Assembly (NCBI RefSeq): GCF_006345805.1
Contig: NC_042999.1
Location: forward strand, 74,834,001-74,898,000
Reading direction: 5' to 3'
Length of the DNA: 64,000 nucleotides
DNA from: Octopus sinensis
Taxonomy: Eukaryota
The translations under genes and the position numbers were made by a program. The notes below the pieces were generated by a model. The model had not been told where the DNA came from. It was given only the letters and a program-made list of their open reading frames with translations, and did no database searches. Shown piece after piece: positions 63,741 through 64,000 of this stretch; the first letter of the stretch is position 1, and every line of letters begins with the position of its first letter.

Positions 63741-64000
63741 AATATCGTCATGATTATAGTTTTTTTGCAATATTTACCTGTTTTAGTATTTATTATTTTA
63801 GCTGCTAAGATATGCAAATGTCTCCTTAGATTCTATTTACATAAACAAGAATTCTGGCTTGCCCTCCACTTCTTGTTGCTTATATTTACTGATTTATTGC
63901 TCAAGTTAAAAAGCTTACTACAAAATGTTGTTTCTATATTAATCACTGAATCTCTAATGCAATATATTCATTTCGATTAAGCAATTTTATTGTACAGAAA

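Overview
AT-rich, microsatellite-dense animal genomic DNA. The SINE/LINE repertoire points to an octopus (cephalopod); this is an inference. One host gene can be assembled by hand on the minus strand: 9 coding exons (33241 to 4842), all GT-AG and phase-compatible, 1398 nt, about 465 aa. It encodes a secreted signal peptide + 6-Cys SRCR + MAM + MAM protein with AATAAA signals at 4692 and 4680; its 5'UTR exon and promoter were not located. The rest is mostly transposon debris: RTE, Tx1/L1-like, Dong/R4-like, CR1-like and Penelope-like (PLE) retroelements, two mariners, Tigger, hAT, Chapaev3-like and Helitron remnants, and many tRNA-derived SINEs. The standout is at 26427-28917, inside the first coding intron. 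It is an array of apparently identical 475-bp units, each with an intact type I hammerhead ribozyme (HHR), arranged as a 3.3-unit arm and an inverted 1.95-unit arm (928-bp stem, 65-nt loop) inserted in a (TA)n tract. It looks like a young non-LTR retrozyme or PLE pseudo-LTR array copied from a circular or multimeric RNA. Four further, unrelated HHR-like motifs (20476, 30647, 35662, 46972) and three PLE protein fragments lie in the same window. All alignments, folds and identities were judged by eye; no searches were run.
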